A DNA stretch of 64,000 nt from Arcobacteraceae bacterium (lineage in GTDB: Bacteria > Campylobacterota > Campylobacteria > Campylobacterales > Arcobacteraceae). Below are positions 35,403-44,909 of the stretch, one piece after another. The notes beneath the pieces are model-generated. The model was not told where the DNA came from. It did not search any database and was given only the letters and a program-made list of their open reading frames with translations. The stretch spans positions 1,149 to 65,148 of the forward strand of contig JAGLOP010000008.1 of NCBI GenBank assembly GCA_023138835.1. The letters run 5' to 3'. Position 1 is the first letter of the stretch; every line of letters begins with the position of its first letter. Made by a program: the position numbers and the translations under genes.

Positions 35403-37557
35403 CTGCTTCTCCTATATAAGTTGCTATCACACGACAAGGTGCTGATGACTTATTTCCAACAGCTACTCCAAAGCCGTGACCTACATCAGTTGGACTGGTA
35501 CCACAAACATAATATGAACCAGTCTGTACAACTATATTAGCAGGGTTACTTCTTGCTACAGTTCCTTGTCCACCACTTGCATAAATAAACCCAGACTCAG
35601 ACCATATACCATTTATCTGAACTTCTGCTCTAACTATCCAATCCTTACCCCAAGTATTAGGAATAGGAAAATCTCTTTCATATGTATTACCATTATACAC
35701 AGTCCCAAAATCAACTATATACTGGTTCTTCCCCAAATTAGCAGTGTTTAAGAACATAGTATCCTTATCAATAATTAAACTAGGAAGCTTACCTTCAGTA
35801 CTCAGACTAATTGGGTTACCATTAACATCAACATTGAGATAGTATAGACCACTCTTATCTCCTAAATAAGCTATTGTTGGTATGTAAGGGTTACCATTTG
35901 AGTCATACCAAATACCCTCAAAGAGGAAATCCCCTCCAGCTGGTTTAGAGCCAATTACAGGTTTGTCAAGGTTAAAACCACCATAATCCCCACCCTCAAA
36001 CTTTTTAATGTATCCACCACCCCAACCACCGGCTCCAGGGGTTGGTATTACACCATCTAGAACTTCTGTAGTTACTGCAATTACTCCTGTAATTGCATCC
36101 CTATCTTTTGTATAACATATGATACCGTTGGATATTGTTAATTCAGCGTGACTTAATGTAAAATATGAAGTATTAGTTAGTAAAATACCTACTGTACTTG
36201 TTTGAATACAAGTATAAAAATCTCCTGTATCATCCACTTGAACAATATTAGTCACTGCATAAGGTTGAGTTGTGGTTGTAGTTGCTTCATAGTGTGTTCG
36301 TGTTATACTCAAACTTAACTCACCACTTATCATACCATTTACTGTAAGCATTGATGATAATGGTAATAGATTATTGGCAACTATATCTGAACTATCAGCC
36401 TTTAATCCCAATGCTTGAAGCATCAAAGTTGATACTGGCTTACTCATATCACTTGTATTATCTGCATTTCCAAGTCCAACTTGTGCTTTTGTTACACTAT
36501 GTGGATTTGCAATATTATTTTTATGTGCTGTTAAATCTGAACTATCAGCCTTTAATCCCAATGCTTGAAGCATCAAAGTTGATACTGGCTTACTCATATC
36601 ACTTGTATTATTTACATTATTTAGTCCAAGATTTGCTTTAGCTTGTGTTGCATCTACATCTGATAAATTATTGTCAGCCATCAAAACACCACTCATAGAA
36701 GCATAAGCAACTCTCCAAGCACTACCATCATAAACTTTCATTACACTTTCGTTTTCAGGAACACCATCATCAAAAAAGTATAATGCACCACTTTGTAAAG
36801 CATCTCCATCATTATCAACTAATGGGTCAGCATCAAAGCTACCTAAAAATCTATCATCAAAATTATCAAATGCTAAAAGCAACTGATCTCTTAATACAAG
36901 TATCTCTTTTTTTAAAGCTAAAACAGCAGTTTTATCATCACTTACACTACTAGCACTTTCATTTACTGTTAAAAGTTCTGCTAAGTTTACATAAATATCA
37001 GTAGCTACAATGTTTATATTCGCTTCATTTTCTATAGCTTTTGGTATCGCATTATTTAAAAATGCAGATGCTTCGATCATATCTACCATCTTTTTAGCAA
37101 GTGAAATTAAATCAACTTTAGCTAAAGATGTTGATAGTACATCAAACATCACACCGCCTAAGTTATCATACATCGTAAAAGTTGCATCTACTAAATAAGT
37201 ATAATTCACTATATCAGTCTCGCCAATCTCTAAATCAACTTTATAAGTATAATTTGGGTCTGCAAAATTTGAATAGCCGGTATTTGCACTAATAGTATAT
37301 TGAGGTAAATTAATAGCCATATCAGCAGTTATTTCAGCAGTAGCAGTATTTAGATCAGCAATAGCAAATAAAGTCGAAGATAAAAAGCCATATTCTTTAT
37401 CCACTCCAGTGATAGGGTCATAATATCTTAGTTTCAATCCAACTTTGATATTTATGCCGGTTGTTGTATATTCGTCAGATTCAATTCCAATTTTTTTATT
37501 GTATTTGTTTATTAAATTACTTAGGTAATTTACATTTTCCGTAAAAGTTCCAGTCAT
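35392..37557 (-). CDS. tail fibre protein
   Basis: 721 aa. Duplicated NTSDMSKPVSTLMLQALGLKADSSD unit, like the KPVS..AL..K phage fibre repeat. Gly-rich beta C-terminus. Confidence 0.7.
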   Translation of the reverse strand: MTGTFTENVNYLSNLINKYNKKIGIESDEYTTTGINIKVGLKLRYYDPITGVDKEYGFLSSTLFAIADLNTATAEITADMAINLPQYTISANTGYSNFADPNYTYKVDLEIGETDIVNYTYLVDATFTMYDNLGGVMFDVLSTSLAKVDLISLAKKMVDMIEASAFLNNAIPKAIENEANINIVATDIYVNLAELLTVNESASSVSDDKTAVLALKKEILVLRDQLLLAFDNFDDRFLGSFDADPLVDNDGDALQSGALYFFDDGVPENESVMKVYDGSAWRVAYASMSGVLMADNNLSDVDATQAKANLGLNNVNNTSDMSKPVSTLMLQALGLKADSSDLTAHKNNIANPHSVTKAQVGLGNADNTSDMSKPVSTLMLQALGLKADSSDIVANNLLPLSSMLTVNGMISGELSLSITRTHYEATTTTTQPYAVTNIVQVDDTGDFYTCIQTSTVGILLTNTSYFTLSHAELTISNGIICYTKDRDAITGVIAVTTEVLDGVIPTPGAGGWGGGYIKKFEGGDYGGFNLDKPVIGSKPAGGDFLFEGIWYDSNGNPYIPTIAYLGDKSGLYYLNVDVNGNPISLSTEGKLPSLIIDKDTMFLNTANLGKNQYIVDFGTVYNGNTYERDFPIPNTWGKDWIVRAEVQINGIWSESGFIYASGGQGTVARSNPANIVVQTGSYYVCGTSPTDVGHGFGVAVGNKSSAPCRVIATYIGEADEY
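36386..36611 (-). repeat. 150-nt-period tandem duplication in the tail fibre gene (76-nt exact cores)
   Basis: 36386-36461 is identical to 36536-36611. Confidence 0.9.
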
Positions 37558-38228
37558 TATTTTACTCCTAAAGTTGCTAAATATTTATTTAATGCTTCAT
37601 ACATTTCATTATCTTTTAGCCCACTATCTCCATAAGCTAAATACTCATCTATATTATTTCTATCACTTTTACTAAGTTCAGCCAAAGTCTCTCCAGCTAA
37701 ATACTTATTTAAAATAGTTACAAAAGCATCATCCCAAATATATACATATCCGTTAAGAGTTTTAATTTTTTTAATATAAATAAGTTTATATCCATGTATA
37801 TCAAGTGAATTTTCAGCTACACTCTTTTGTAAATCTAACTTTCCGCTCTCTATATCTTTATATCTCTTCCAATTATAATCAGTCATTATCGCTTTCGCAT
37901 CATCTTCATTATCATCTTTTTTGTGTTTTGATAACTTAGAAGCTGTAAGGTAACTAACTGCATATACAAGTGTCTCATCCATATCCATAACATCATCATT
38001 TTCCATTGATAACTTAGGCACTCGTATATAAAGTCCATCTTCACTTTCCATCGACTGCAAAATATCATTTTCCATATCTCTAGTCATAAGAGAAAGTGGC
38101 TCACATTTAGCAGCCACTTCCCTTAAACATTGAAGTATGATAGTTTTTAAATCATTATTGTCTTTAGGAAGAGGTCTATCCCCACCTACTATTACAGTTA
38201 AATGTTTTTTAAAATCTTCATACTTCAT
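37557..38228 (-). CDS. hypothetical head-tail joining region protein
   Basis: 223 aa, between the capsid and fibre genes. Confidence 0.5.
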   Translation of the reverse strand: MKYEDFKKHLTVIVGGDRPLPKDNNDLKTIILQCLREVAAKCEPLSLMTRDMENDILQSMESEDGLYIRVPKLSMENDDVMDMDETLVYAVSYLTASKLSKHKKDDNEDDAKAIMTDYNWKRYKDIESGKLDLQKSVAENSLDIHGYKLIYIKKIKTLNGYVYIWDDAFVTILNKYLAGETLAELSKSDRNNIDEYLAYGDSGLKDNEMYEALNKYLATLGVK

Positions 38229-38237
38229 AACTTTTAC

Positions 38238-39170
38238 CTACTCTTCTAAACCAGTAATAGCAGTTACACCGTAAGGATTATTAATTCTTAAAGTAAGTTC
38301 AGTAATGATAGTCTTTTTGATACTATCTCCAGTCTTACCAAGTGTTTCAATCTTTGATAATCTTTGATGTACAAGTGCTAAACTATCAGCATTTACACCA
38401 AGTATCATATCTTGTGGTAAATGTGGAGTTAAGATAACCTGTACATCTTTTGCATAAGTAAAGTTTTTGATTGTTTGATAGTCATTAACTCTAAGGTCTT
38501 TTTTACCATAGATACTATTACTACTCTCTGTATCAATCTCATCAAGTTTGTCTTTTTGAGCATCATTCATAAATACATACTCAGTTATTACACCTTGCTT
38601 CCAACCAATTTTAAACATATCTCTTAAATGCTTTTTAGATAAAGCAGTAGGAGTACCAGCATTTAATGCATCAACAGTATTTTCAGCAGTAAGCCAATGT
38701 CTAACACCTCCAAGTTTACCAGCAACTTCAGCACCTTCAGTATTAACTCTTTGAACTGGCTCTGCATCACTTAAGATAATTCTCTCGATATCTAAAAGAT
38801 GGTCATCAATAGATGTTACACCAGCAACAGTCATCTCATCTTTACCCTCAATATCTTGTTTACCTTCAGCCGAACCAGTCACACCAAATTTATGTTTAAT
38901 AATTTGATAATGGTTTTTACTTTCCCCAAGATTTCTATCAACACTATTTGCAGTATCTCCACCCTCAATATGTGCATTGTCTCCAGTTCCAGTTGGTTTA
39001 GCTTCATACCACCATTGGTGACCATCAATTGCTTTACCTTTTTTACTAGGAGTTCCTTTTTTAATTAAATGGTAAAAAGGTGTATTTGTTTTACCAATTC
39101 TTGCCATCTCTGTTACTAAATCCTTTTCAGGAGTGTTTTGATCATCTAAATAAATCATACCTACTGGCAT
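38238..39170 (-). CDS. major capsid protein (position-based)
   Basis: 310 aa. Follows the portal-size and scaffold-like ORFs. Strong SD. Confidence 0.55.
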   Translation of the reverse strand: MPVGMIYLDDQNTPEKDLVTEMARIGKTNTPFYHLIKKGTPSKKGKAIDGHQWWYEAKPTGTGDNAHIEGGDTANSVDRNLGESKNHYQIIKHKFGVTGSAEGKQDIEGKDEMTVAGVTSIDDHLLDIERIILSDAEPVQRVNTEGAEVAGKLGGVRHWLTAENTVDALNAGTPTALSKKHLRDMFKIGWKQGVITEYVFMNDAQKDKLDEIDTESSNSIYGKKDLRVNDYQTIKNFTYAKDVQVILTPHLPQDMILGVNADSLALVHQRLSKIETLGKTGDSIKKTIITELTLRINNPYGVTAITGLEE

Positions 39171-39202
39171 ATTATGTCCTTTGTTTTATATTATTCGTTT
39201 TA

Positions 39203-39793
39203 TTAAAAAAACTTACTAAGTAGTGCTTCTTTATCTTGTTGTGAAGCACTACCACCATTTGCTAATTTTTCATGAATCTCTTCAGTTCTATTAGTACCAC
39301 CATCATTTCTACCAAAACCAATATCATCATTATCAATCTTAGCTGGTGCAAATTCTTGCAGATGGACTAATTCCCAACCTACACCATTGTTTAAACTTTC
39401 AGCCTTTGCAGGGTCAGTTTTATGAAGTTCTTTTAAATACTCCTCAACCTTACTCGCTTCAAATTCAGGATATTTTGTTTTAAGTCCACTTAAGATACTT
39501 GTTTGAGCTTCATTACTTTCACGAGTATTTTTATCTTCTTGAAGTTCCTTTATCTGCTGTTGAAGTTTTAAAACATCTTCAGTAGATGGACTTTCCCCCG
39601 TGGAATTTTTACCATCTTTATCATCTCCACCAGTACCAGCTGGGTCATCTCCATCAAGATTATCATCATCGATATCAACATCCCCAACATCTCCACCACC
39701 AGCTGGGTCATCATCTCCACCACCAGCACCACCATCAACGATATAATGCTGGAACATAAACAAAGCCCAAAATATACTAAATAAGTTTTTCAT
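39203..39793 (-). CDS. scaffolding-like protein
   Basis: 196 aa with an acidic Gly/Asp-rich N-terminal half and a helical C-terminal half. Lies immediately upstream of the capsid gene. Confidence 0.45.
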   Translation of the reverse strand: MKNLFSIFWALFMFQHYIVDGGAGGGDDDPAGGGDVGDVDIDDDNLDGDDPAGTGGDDKDGKNSTGESPSTEDVLKLQQQIKELQEDKNTRESNEAQTSILSGLKTKYPEFEASKVEEYLKELHKTDPAKAESLNNGVGWELVHLQEFAPAKIDNDDIGFGRNDGGTNRTEEIHEKLANGGSASQQDKEALLSKFF

Positions 39794-40245
39794 TATTCAG
39801 TTCCAGCAACAATAAGTTCAGCTAATTCATCTTCTTTTAATGAAGAATAATTTTTTAGCCCTTTTTGTTTTGCAATAGTTTTCAACTCTGCTACTTTAAA
39901 CTTCTCTTTTAATTCATCAACATCAAGACCAGCATAATCACTTTCTTCAATAGTTTCATTTAGAGCAGTAAGTTGAGTAGTTAAATTTTCATTTGTTTCA
40001 TTTAGAGCAGTAAGTTGAGTAGTTAAAGTCTCAACCTTTGTATTTAACTCTTCAATTTGTTTAGCTTCACTACCAGCTTTAACTGGTTTAGCTTTCTCAA
40101 CTACAATCTCACCAGTTGTAAGATTCTTTTTTAGCTTATCGCCAACTTGGGCTTTAGCACCTGAACGAATACCTTTATCAGTTAGTACCATTCCACTATC
40201 AAGTTTTTTCGTTACCACTCCAAGTGGTGTAAATTTTGTTGCCAT
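39793..40245 (-). CDS. hypothetical protein with 14-aa tandem repeat and Rho_N/SAP-like C-terminus
   Basis: LTTQLTALNETNEN/LTTQLTALNETIEE (33-nt exact repeat at 39953 and 39995). C-terminus VAELKTIAKQKGLKNYSSLKEDELAELI. Confidence 0.6.
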   Translation of the reverse strand: MATKFTPLGVVTKKLDSGMVLTDKGIRSGAKAQVGDKLKKNLTTGEIVVEKAKPVKAGSEAKQIEELNTKVETLTTQLTALNETNENLTTQLTALNETIEESDYAGLDVDELKEKFKVAELKTIAKQKGLKNYSSLKEDELAELIVAGTE

Positions 40246-40295
40246 TTTAATCTCCTATATTTTTTTAACATACAAATCTTAACAATTAGGATTTA

Positions 40296-40309
40296 CTTTT
40301 TTGTCCCAC
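40296..40309 (-). promoter_or_regulatory. 14-mer GTGGGACAAAAAAG (copy e)
   Basis: Between the portal stop and ATG 40245, 50 nt upstream of the ATG. Confidence 0.5.
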
Positions 40310-40312
40310 TAT

Positions 40313-41890
40313 TTATAATCTTCCACTTCCTAAATTATCTTTATCAATCTCTTCTTTAGTTGGTGGTACATTATTTACTTCACTCTCAACTGATTTAAAT
40401 AACTCATCTAAATCAGTATCATCACCAACTCTTAAATCAAGTATCTTTTTAAGAAAGCCCTCTATGATTTTAGGATTGATATTTGGATTTTGTGAAGTCA
40501 TTTGATAAATACCAAGTAAATCATTAATTCTTTTTTCTTTGTCCAATGTCATACCAAAGTTTATTACAAGGTCGTATCCGATAGCGTCACGGTTTCCTTT
40601 TTTTCCAAAAGGATTTTTCTTTCCTGTAACAGCATTGATGATTTTATCATCTGCATTTTCAAAAACCATCTTAACCCAAGTCTTAGCCCAGTGCTCAAAT
40701 AGTGTCTCTTTGATTAGCATAATCATCTCTTCAATTCTCATAGAACTATTACTATTTACAACAGATAATGCAGTAGCACTTCTTCTATCACTTGCACTTG
40801 TTTCACCCTCTTGAATACTATTTACACCAACAGCACTCTGTACATCTCCAGCTAAAATAGATAAATCAGCATTAAGTGAATATTCACTAGGTACTTGTCT
40901 CTCTTTTATCTGATTGACATCCCCCTTTACTCGTATCTTTTTACCCTCTCCATAAGTTAAATCTTTAGGATCTACATCAGCATCATCTCCAACATATACA
41001 TCAGGATTAAGGATTTTTTCTTGAATATCATTTTTTAAATTTCTTTTTTGATTTATTTCGTGTTGTAAGTCTTTAAGCAGTTCTACTATGTCCCCACCAT
41101 AACAAAGTATTTCATCTTTTCGTATCTCTTTATCAATAGCTGGTAATTTTTCAAAAGCATATCCATATTGAAATGGATTGTTCTTTACTTTTGCAACTCT
41201 TACTAGAACATCATCTATAAAAGTTTTAGATTTATATCCCCTATTAGTTTGCATATATATAACTTTGATAAGTCTTCTTTTACTAGGATTGTTTAAATCT
41301 TTCTCATTGAAAAGTTTTTTTAATATTCCTTTCTCATTATAAACACCAACTTTTATCTTTTGTCGTATTATTCGATTAGACTCATGATATCTATATCCCA
41401 TGGCTTGAACATCATCAATATTTACACACTCATCATCAAAAGCTATATCAGTAATTGGAATATTTGTAGTTACTACTTTTTGTTTTCGCTCATCCCACAT
41501 AGTTATCACTACACCCATTTTAAAAAGTAAGGCACTTAAAAAAGCTTTGTTAAGTTCTTTGTTTGGTTTTAGTTTATTGTAGTAGTAGTTTAAGACTTTA
41601 TTTCTAGCAGTCCAAAGTTCGCTTTCATCTTCTCCAAGTGGTTTTAATTCTATTGGATTACCCGCACCAAAAAAAGCAGTAGAAAATATAGCCTTGATTA
41701 TATTTGTAGTATTTCTAATTGCTGGTACAAAAACTTTACTTCGTTTTTTCTTTTTAAGTTTTTTAAATTGTTCTTTGGTGTGTTTTGAATTATATAGTCG
41801 CTCGTTGTCAAGCCATATATCTGTAAGTAATTCTTGTTTAGTAAAAAGCTTATTAAACTTTACTAAATCTGTGTCTTTTTCTTTATTCAT
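40313..41890 (-). CDS. portal protein (size/position-based)
   Basis: 525 aa. First gene of the virion block, followed by the scaffold and capsid genes. Confidence 0.5.
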   Translation of the reverse strand: MNKEKDTDLVKFNKLFTKQELLTDIWLDNERLYNSKHTKEQFKKLKKKKRSKVFVPAIRNTTNIIKAIFSTAFFGAGNPIELKPLGEDESELWTARNKVLNYYYNKLKPNKELNKAFLSALLFKMGVVITMWDERKQKVVTTNIPITDIAFDDECVNIDDVQAMGYRYHESNRIIRQKIKVGVYNEKGILKKLFNEKDLNNPSKRRLIKVIYMQTNRGYKSKTFIDDVLVRVAKVKNNPFQYGYAFEKLPAIDKEIRKDEILCYGGDIVELLKDLQHEINQKRNLKNDIQEKILNPDVYVGDDADVDPKDLTYGEGKKIRVKGDVNQIKERQVPSEYSLNADLSILAGDVQSAVGVNSIQEGETSASDRRSATALSVVNSNSSMRIEEMIMLIKETLFEHWAKTWVKMVFENADDKIINAVTGKKNPFGKKGNRDAIGYDLVINFGMTLDKEKRINDLLGIYQMTSQNPNINPKIIEGFLKKILDLRVGDDTDLDELFKSVESEVNNVPPTKEEIDKDNLGSGRL

Positions 41891-41936
41891 AGAATATCCT
41901 AAATAATTTTAGGAATATTCTATTTGTTTATTTTAT

Positions 41937-41950
41937 CTTTTTTGTCCCAC
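41937..41950 (-). promoter_or_regulatory. 14-mer GTGGGACAAAAAAG (copy f)
   Basis: 46 nt upstream of portal ATG 41890. Confidence 0.5.
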
Positions 41951-42168
41951 TAACCAAAAACTTTATATTTAGTTTGTGGTTTTCCATCAGGGTCAAGTAT
42001 CTCAATTTTACTTAATGCTTGACCTTTATACCAGTGTATATCATCAGCACTATCATACCGCATAAGCTTATAATCAAATATAATTATTTCTCCACCAACA
42101 ATAGTAGCTTTAATTTGACAATCTTCTATACTATAATTATTTTTTTCCATAATGTCCCTCCATATCAC
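41950..42168 (-). CDS. hypothetical protein
   Basis: 72-aa ORF overlapping the repressor gene end. Confidence 0.45.
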   Translation of the reverse strand: MIWRDIMEKNNYSIEDCQIKATIVGGEIIIFDYKLMRYDSADDIHWYKGQALSKIEILDPDGKPQTKYKVFG

Positions 42169-42472
42169 TCACTTTACTTGCTAACTCTTCTATCTTTTTA
42201 TATAAATCTTCATAACCCATAGGTTCTTTTTTCTCTTCAGTTAAATCAAGTCCACTATCAAGCACTATAGAGCCACGACCAAAAATTAACCAACAAGGAT
42301 TTAATTTAAAACACTTCTCAAATAAAAGTGCAATTTCAGGTGTAATATTTTGTTTATTACTTCTTAAATCACTAACTTTTTGTATAGAAAAACCAGTTTT
42401 ATCAGATATGTCTTTGTTTTTTAAACCAAATTTAACAATAAACTCTTTTAATCTTAAATGTATTCTATCCAT
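42137..42472 (-). CDS. XRE/cI-type HTH repressor
   Basis: LKEFIVKFGLKNKDISDKTGFSIQKVSDLRSNKQNITPEIALLFEKCF. Divergent from the replication operon. Confidence 0.8.
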   Translation of the reverse strand: MDRIHLRLKEFIVKFGLKNKDISDKTGFSIQKVSDLRSNKQNITPEIALLFEKCFKLNPCWLIFGRGSIVLDSGLDLTEEKKEPMGYEDLYKKIEELASKVSDMEGHYGKK

Positions 42473-42570
42473 TTTTTACTTCCTTTAATCTTTTTTTAAA
42501 GAAAATTATCTTAATCTTTCATATAATCTTTCTTTTTTATAAGAATATTATACCAAAAAAACAAGATTTT

Positions 42571-42651
42571 TCTATGAAATTTATGTTAGTACCTCTTCAG
42601 GGGTGTCGAGCAAAAGTGTAAATTTCATAGAGAAATCCAAAAGGACACCCC
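42571..42651. promoter_or_regulatory. switch-region inverted repeats (interleaved pairs)
   Basis: TCTATGAAATTTA 42571-42583 pairs with TAAATTTCATAGA 42619-42631. GGGGTGTC 42600-42607 pairs with GACACCCC 42644-42651, which overlaps the SD of 42656. Confidence 0.55.
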
Positions 42652-42655
42652 CGCA

Positions 42656-43075
42656 ATGTTAAAAATTCTAAAAAGGTTTTTATTTATGACCCAAAAATAT
42701 CTACCAATACAAGCAGTAGCAACTATCAATGAAGTTGAACCTATCAAAATAATGTCTATATACTATAAAAATAAAGATGATGAGCGATTTAAAATCATAG
42801 ATGGTAAGGTATTTGTAGTAGAAAACTATAAATATCCTTTTGCAGATGAACTAAATGAACTAAGAGAAAAAGCACTCGTAATATCACACAATGAAAATAA
42901 ACTATGTCATGAATTATCACTCTTAGGTAATACAAACAAAGACACTTTACGAAAATACTTTTATAGATTTACATTTAAGCAAGTAAAACAAGCAAAAGAA
43001 TTAATAGCATTATTAACTTTATATATAAATCAAAATAGTTTATTTCCAACAGAAGAGTTAAACTATGAATATTAG
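42656..43075 (+). CDS. hypothetical early protein
   Basis: 139-aa ORF, first gene rightward of the switch. ATG 42686 is an alternative start. Confidence 0.55.
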   Translation: MLKILKRFLFMTQKYLPIQAVATINEVEPIKIMSIYYKNKDDERFKIIDGKVFVVENYKYPFADELNELREKALVISHNENKLCHELSLLGNTNKDTLRKYFYRFTFKQVKQAKELIALLTLYINQNSLFPTEELNYEY

Positions 43076-43295
43076 TCAAGAACAAAAACTAGATGAGCTG
43101 CAACATTACTTACAATTTCATTGTATAGATTATGTTTTACAAGTTAGAAGTATAAATATATCGCACAATATAACAAAAGAACTATTTATCTATAGTAAAG
43201 AAGATATTTCTCATTTTTTAAAAAAACATTTTGACTTAGAACACTCTATGGGCTTACATATTAGTAACTATAGATTTAGTTGGAGATTAATATGA
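43065..43295 (+). CDS. hypothetical early protein
   Basis: 76-aa ORF, overlapping its neighbours. Confidence 0.45.
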   Translation: MNISQEQKLDELQHYLQFHCIDYVLQVRSINISHNITKELFIYSKEDISHFLKKHFDLEHSMGLHISNYRFSWRLI

Positions 43296-43732
43296 AAAAT
43301 AATTTTAAACTACATCAAGATAGCGATTACAAAACTTACATAGTTAAACTCACATCAATATCTGCAAAACAAGTAGATGAGTTTATTAAAGATTACAATG
43401 TTTATTTCAAAGCTTTTAGTGAAGATGTACTAGCCAATCAAGTAGATACAAATATTTACCAAATTGACAACTTAAAAGATTTTGATGAGCAATACGAAGA
43501 TATAAAAAACCTAATGCCAAGTTCAAGTGTAAAGCATATAAGCTTTTATACCAACTGGATTAAAAATGAAGCAATACAACTTAAAAAAGTAGAAGATAGC
43601 TGCAACTTATTAAAAAGTGAAAATAAATCAACTTGTATATCTTCTCTACAAAAACACTCACAAGTTTCAAAAGAGATATGTGAACAATATTTAAAAAGTT
43701 TAGAACATCAACAAGAAGGATTATTTGAATGA
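43280..43732 (+). CDS. hypothetical early protein
   Basis: 150-aa ORF. Track start is TTG; ATG 43292 is likely. Confidence 0.5.
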   Translation: MEINMKNNFKLHQDSDYKTYIVKLTSISAKQVDEFIKDYNVYFKAFSEDVLANQVDTNIYQIDNLKDFDEQYEDIKNLMPSSSVKHISFYTNWIKNEAIQLKKVEDSCNLLKSENKSTCISSLQKHSQVSKEICEQYLKSLEHQQEGLFE

Positions 43733-44304
43733 AATTAAAACCAAGTATTAAATTTTCTATACTAGGAAAATCATCGGATTTTGAAGAAATTGTTGGAGTT
43801 TCAGTAATGGCAAATTATATAAGAACTGCTTTTGATGGTAGTATTGTTGAATTTTGTGATTATAAAACAAAATTTGAAAATTGGGATTGTCAAGAAATAT
43901 CATTTGATGAAGCATTATCTAGTTTTATAGATAAAGAAAAAATGAAAAAAGTAAATGGTTTCACAATGTACTTTAAAATTAAAGAAAATGAAAAATATAT
44001 AAATGCTAAAGACAATGTTATCTGTACAGCAAGACATAAAAGATTTAAAAGAATATCTTTTAAATTAGCTAGTTATTTACAACTACTATTATGGAAGCTA
44101 AATATTAATACTCATAATTTAGTAAACAAGGAATGTACGCCAGACTTTAGTTGTTGTATTGATGAAAAATCTATAAATACTCATCCATGTAGTGCCTGTA
44201 ATAAAGTAGTTGATATAGAAGAGATATGTAGAGTTACTTTACTTTGTGATGAATGCTGGGTTAAATATGAAGAACCAAAATTAAAAAAGGAAAAGCAATG
44301 TTAA
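43729..44304 (+). CDS. hypothetical protein with Cys-rich C-terminus (zinc-binding?)
   Basis: CTPDFSCC..HPCSACNK..LLCDECW. Confidence 0.5.
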   Translation: MKLKPSIKFSILGKSSDFEEIVGVSVMANYIRTAFDGSIVEFCDYKTKFENWDCQEISFDEALSSFIDKEKMKKVNGFTMYFKIKENEKYINAKDNVICTARHKRFKRISFKLASYLQLLLWKLNINTHNLVNKECTPDFSCCIDEKSINTHPCSACNKVVDIEEICRVTLLCDECWVKYEEPKLKKEKQC

Positions 44305-44909
44305 TTTATGATTGTGAAATAATAAAAGCAATACCAAATAAAAATGAAGAGCCAATTGAAAATATTGAATACTGTAAAGGGTGGGGCGACCATAAAGGTA
44401 TGGGTATAAGTGTAGCTGGTGTGTATGATTATATTGAAGATAGATATAGAGTATTTACACAAGACAATTTCCAAGAGTTTCAAGAACTTATAGATAATAG
44501 AGATTTAATAATTGGATTTAATTCACTAGGCTTTGATAATAAACTATGTGAAGCAAATGGTATTAATATATCTCATAAAAATCATTATGACATCATGCTA
44601 GAAATTGCAAAGTTAGTAAATCCAAATTATAAAACACGACCATCTTTTAAAGGATGTGGTTTAGATAAATGTTGTGAAGTAAATTTCAACACTAAAAAAA
44701 GTGGCAACGGAGCATTAGCACCTATTGACTGGCAAAATGGAAAAATAGGAACCGTTATAGATTATTGTCTTAATGATGTAAAACTTACTAAAAGACTACT
44801 TGATGAAATTATGTTCAATGGATTACTTACAAGTCCAGTAGATGAAAATATTGTTTTAGAATTTGATAATACTATTTTAATAAATGAACTTAAAAAGATT
44901 AAAAGATAA
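44298..44909 (+). CDS. DEDD-type 3'-5' exonuclease
   Basis: Exo I IYDCEI, Exo II GFNSLGFDNKL, Exo III DYCLNDVKL. Confidence 0.7.
   Translation: MLIYDCEIIKAIPNKNEEPIENIEYCKGWGDHKGMGISVAGVYDYIEDRYRVFTQDNFQEFQELIDNRDLIIGFNSLGFDNKLCEANGINISHKNHYDIMLEIAKLVNPNYKTRPSFKGCGLDKCCEVNFNTKKSGNGALAPIDWQNGKIGTVIDYCLNDVKLTKRLLDEIMFNGLLTSPVDENIVLEFDNTILINELKKIKR

Noticed and set aside
36351-36641. 96-aa plus-strand ORF with an internal repeat
   Set aside because: It is antisense to the tail-fibre gene, and its repeat simply mirrors the 150-nt duplication.
35392-37557. Diversity-generating retroelement targeting the fibre
   Set aside because: No reverse transcriptase or template repeat exists anywhere in the window, and the two repeat copies are identical rather than adenine-variable.
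38920-39603. Extra partial copies of the 21-mer core in the scaffold gene (39589-39603, TTCCACGGGGGAAAG) and the capsid gene (about 38925, CTTGGGGAAAG)
   Set aside because: These are short matches (13/15 or fewer) that coincide with G-E-S codons. The tripeptide is expected by chance at about this frequency, so they are not counted as motif copies. A protease-site interpretation (TGE/S) is too weak.
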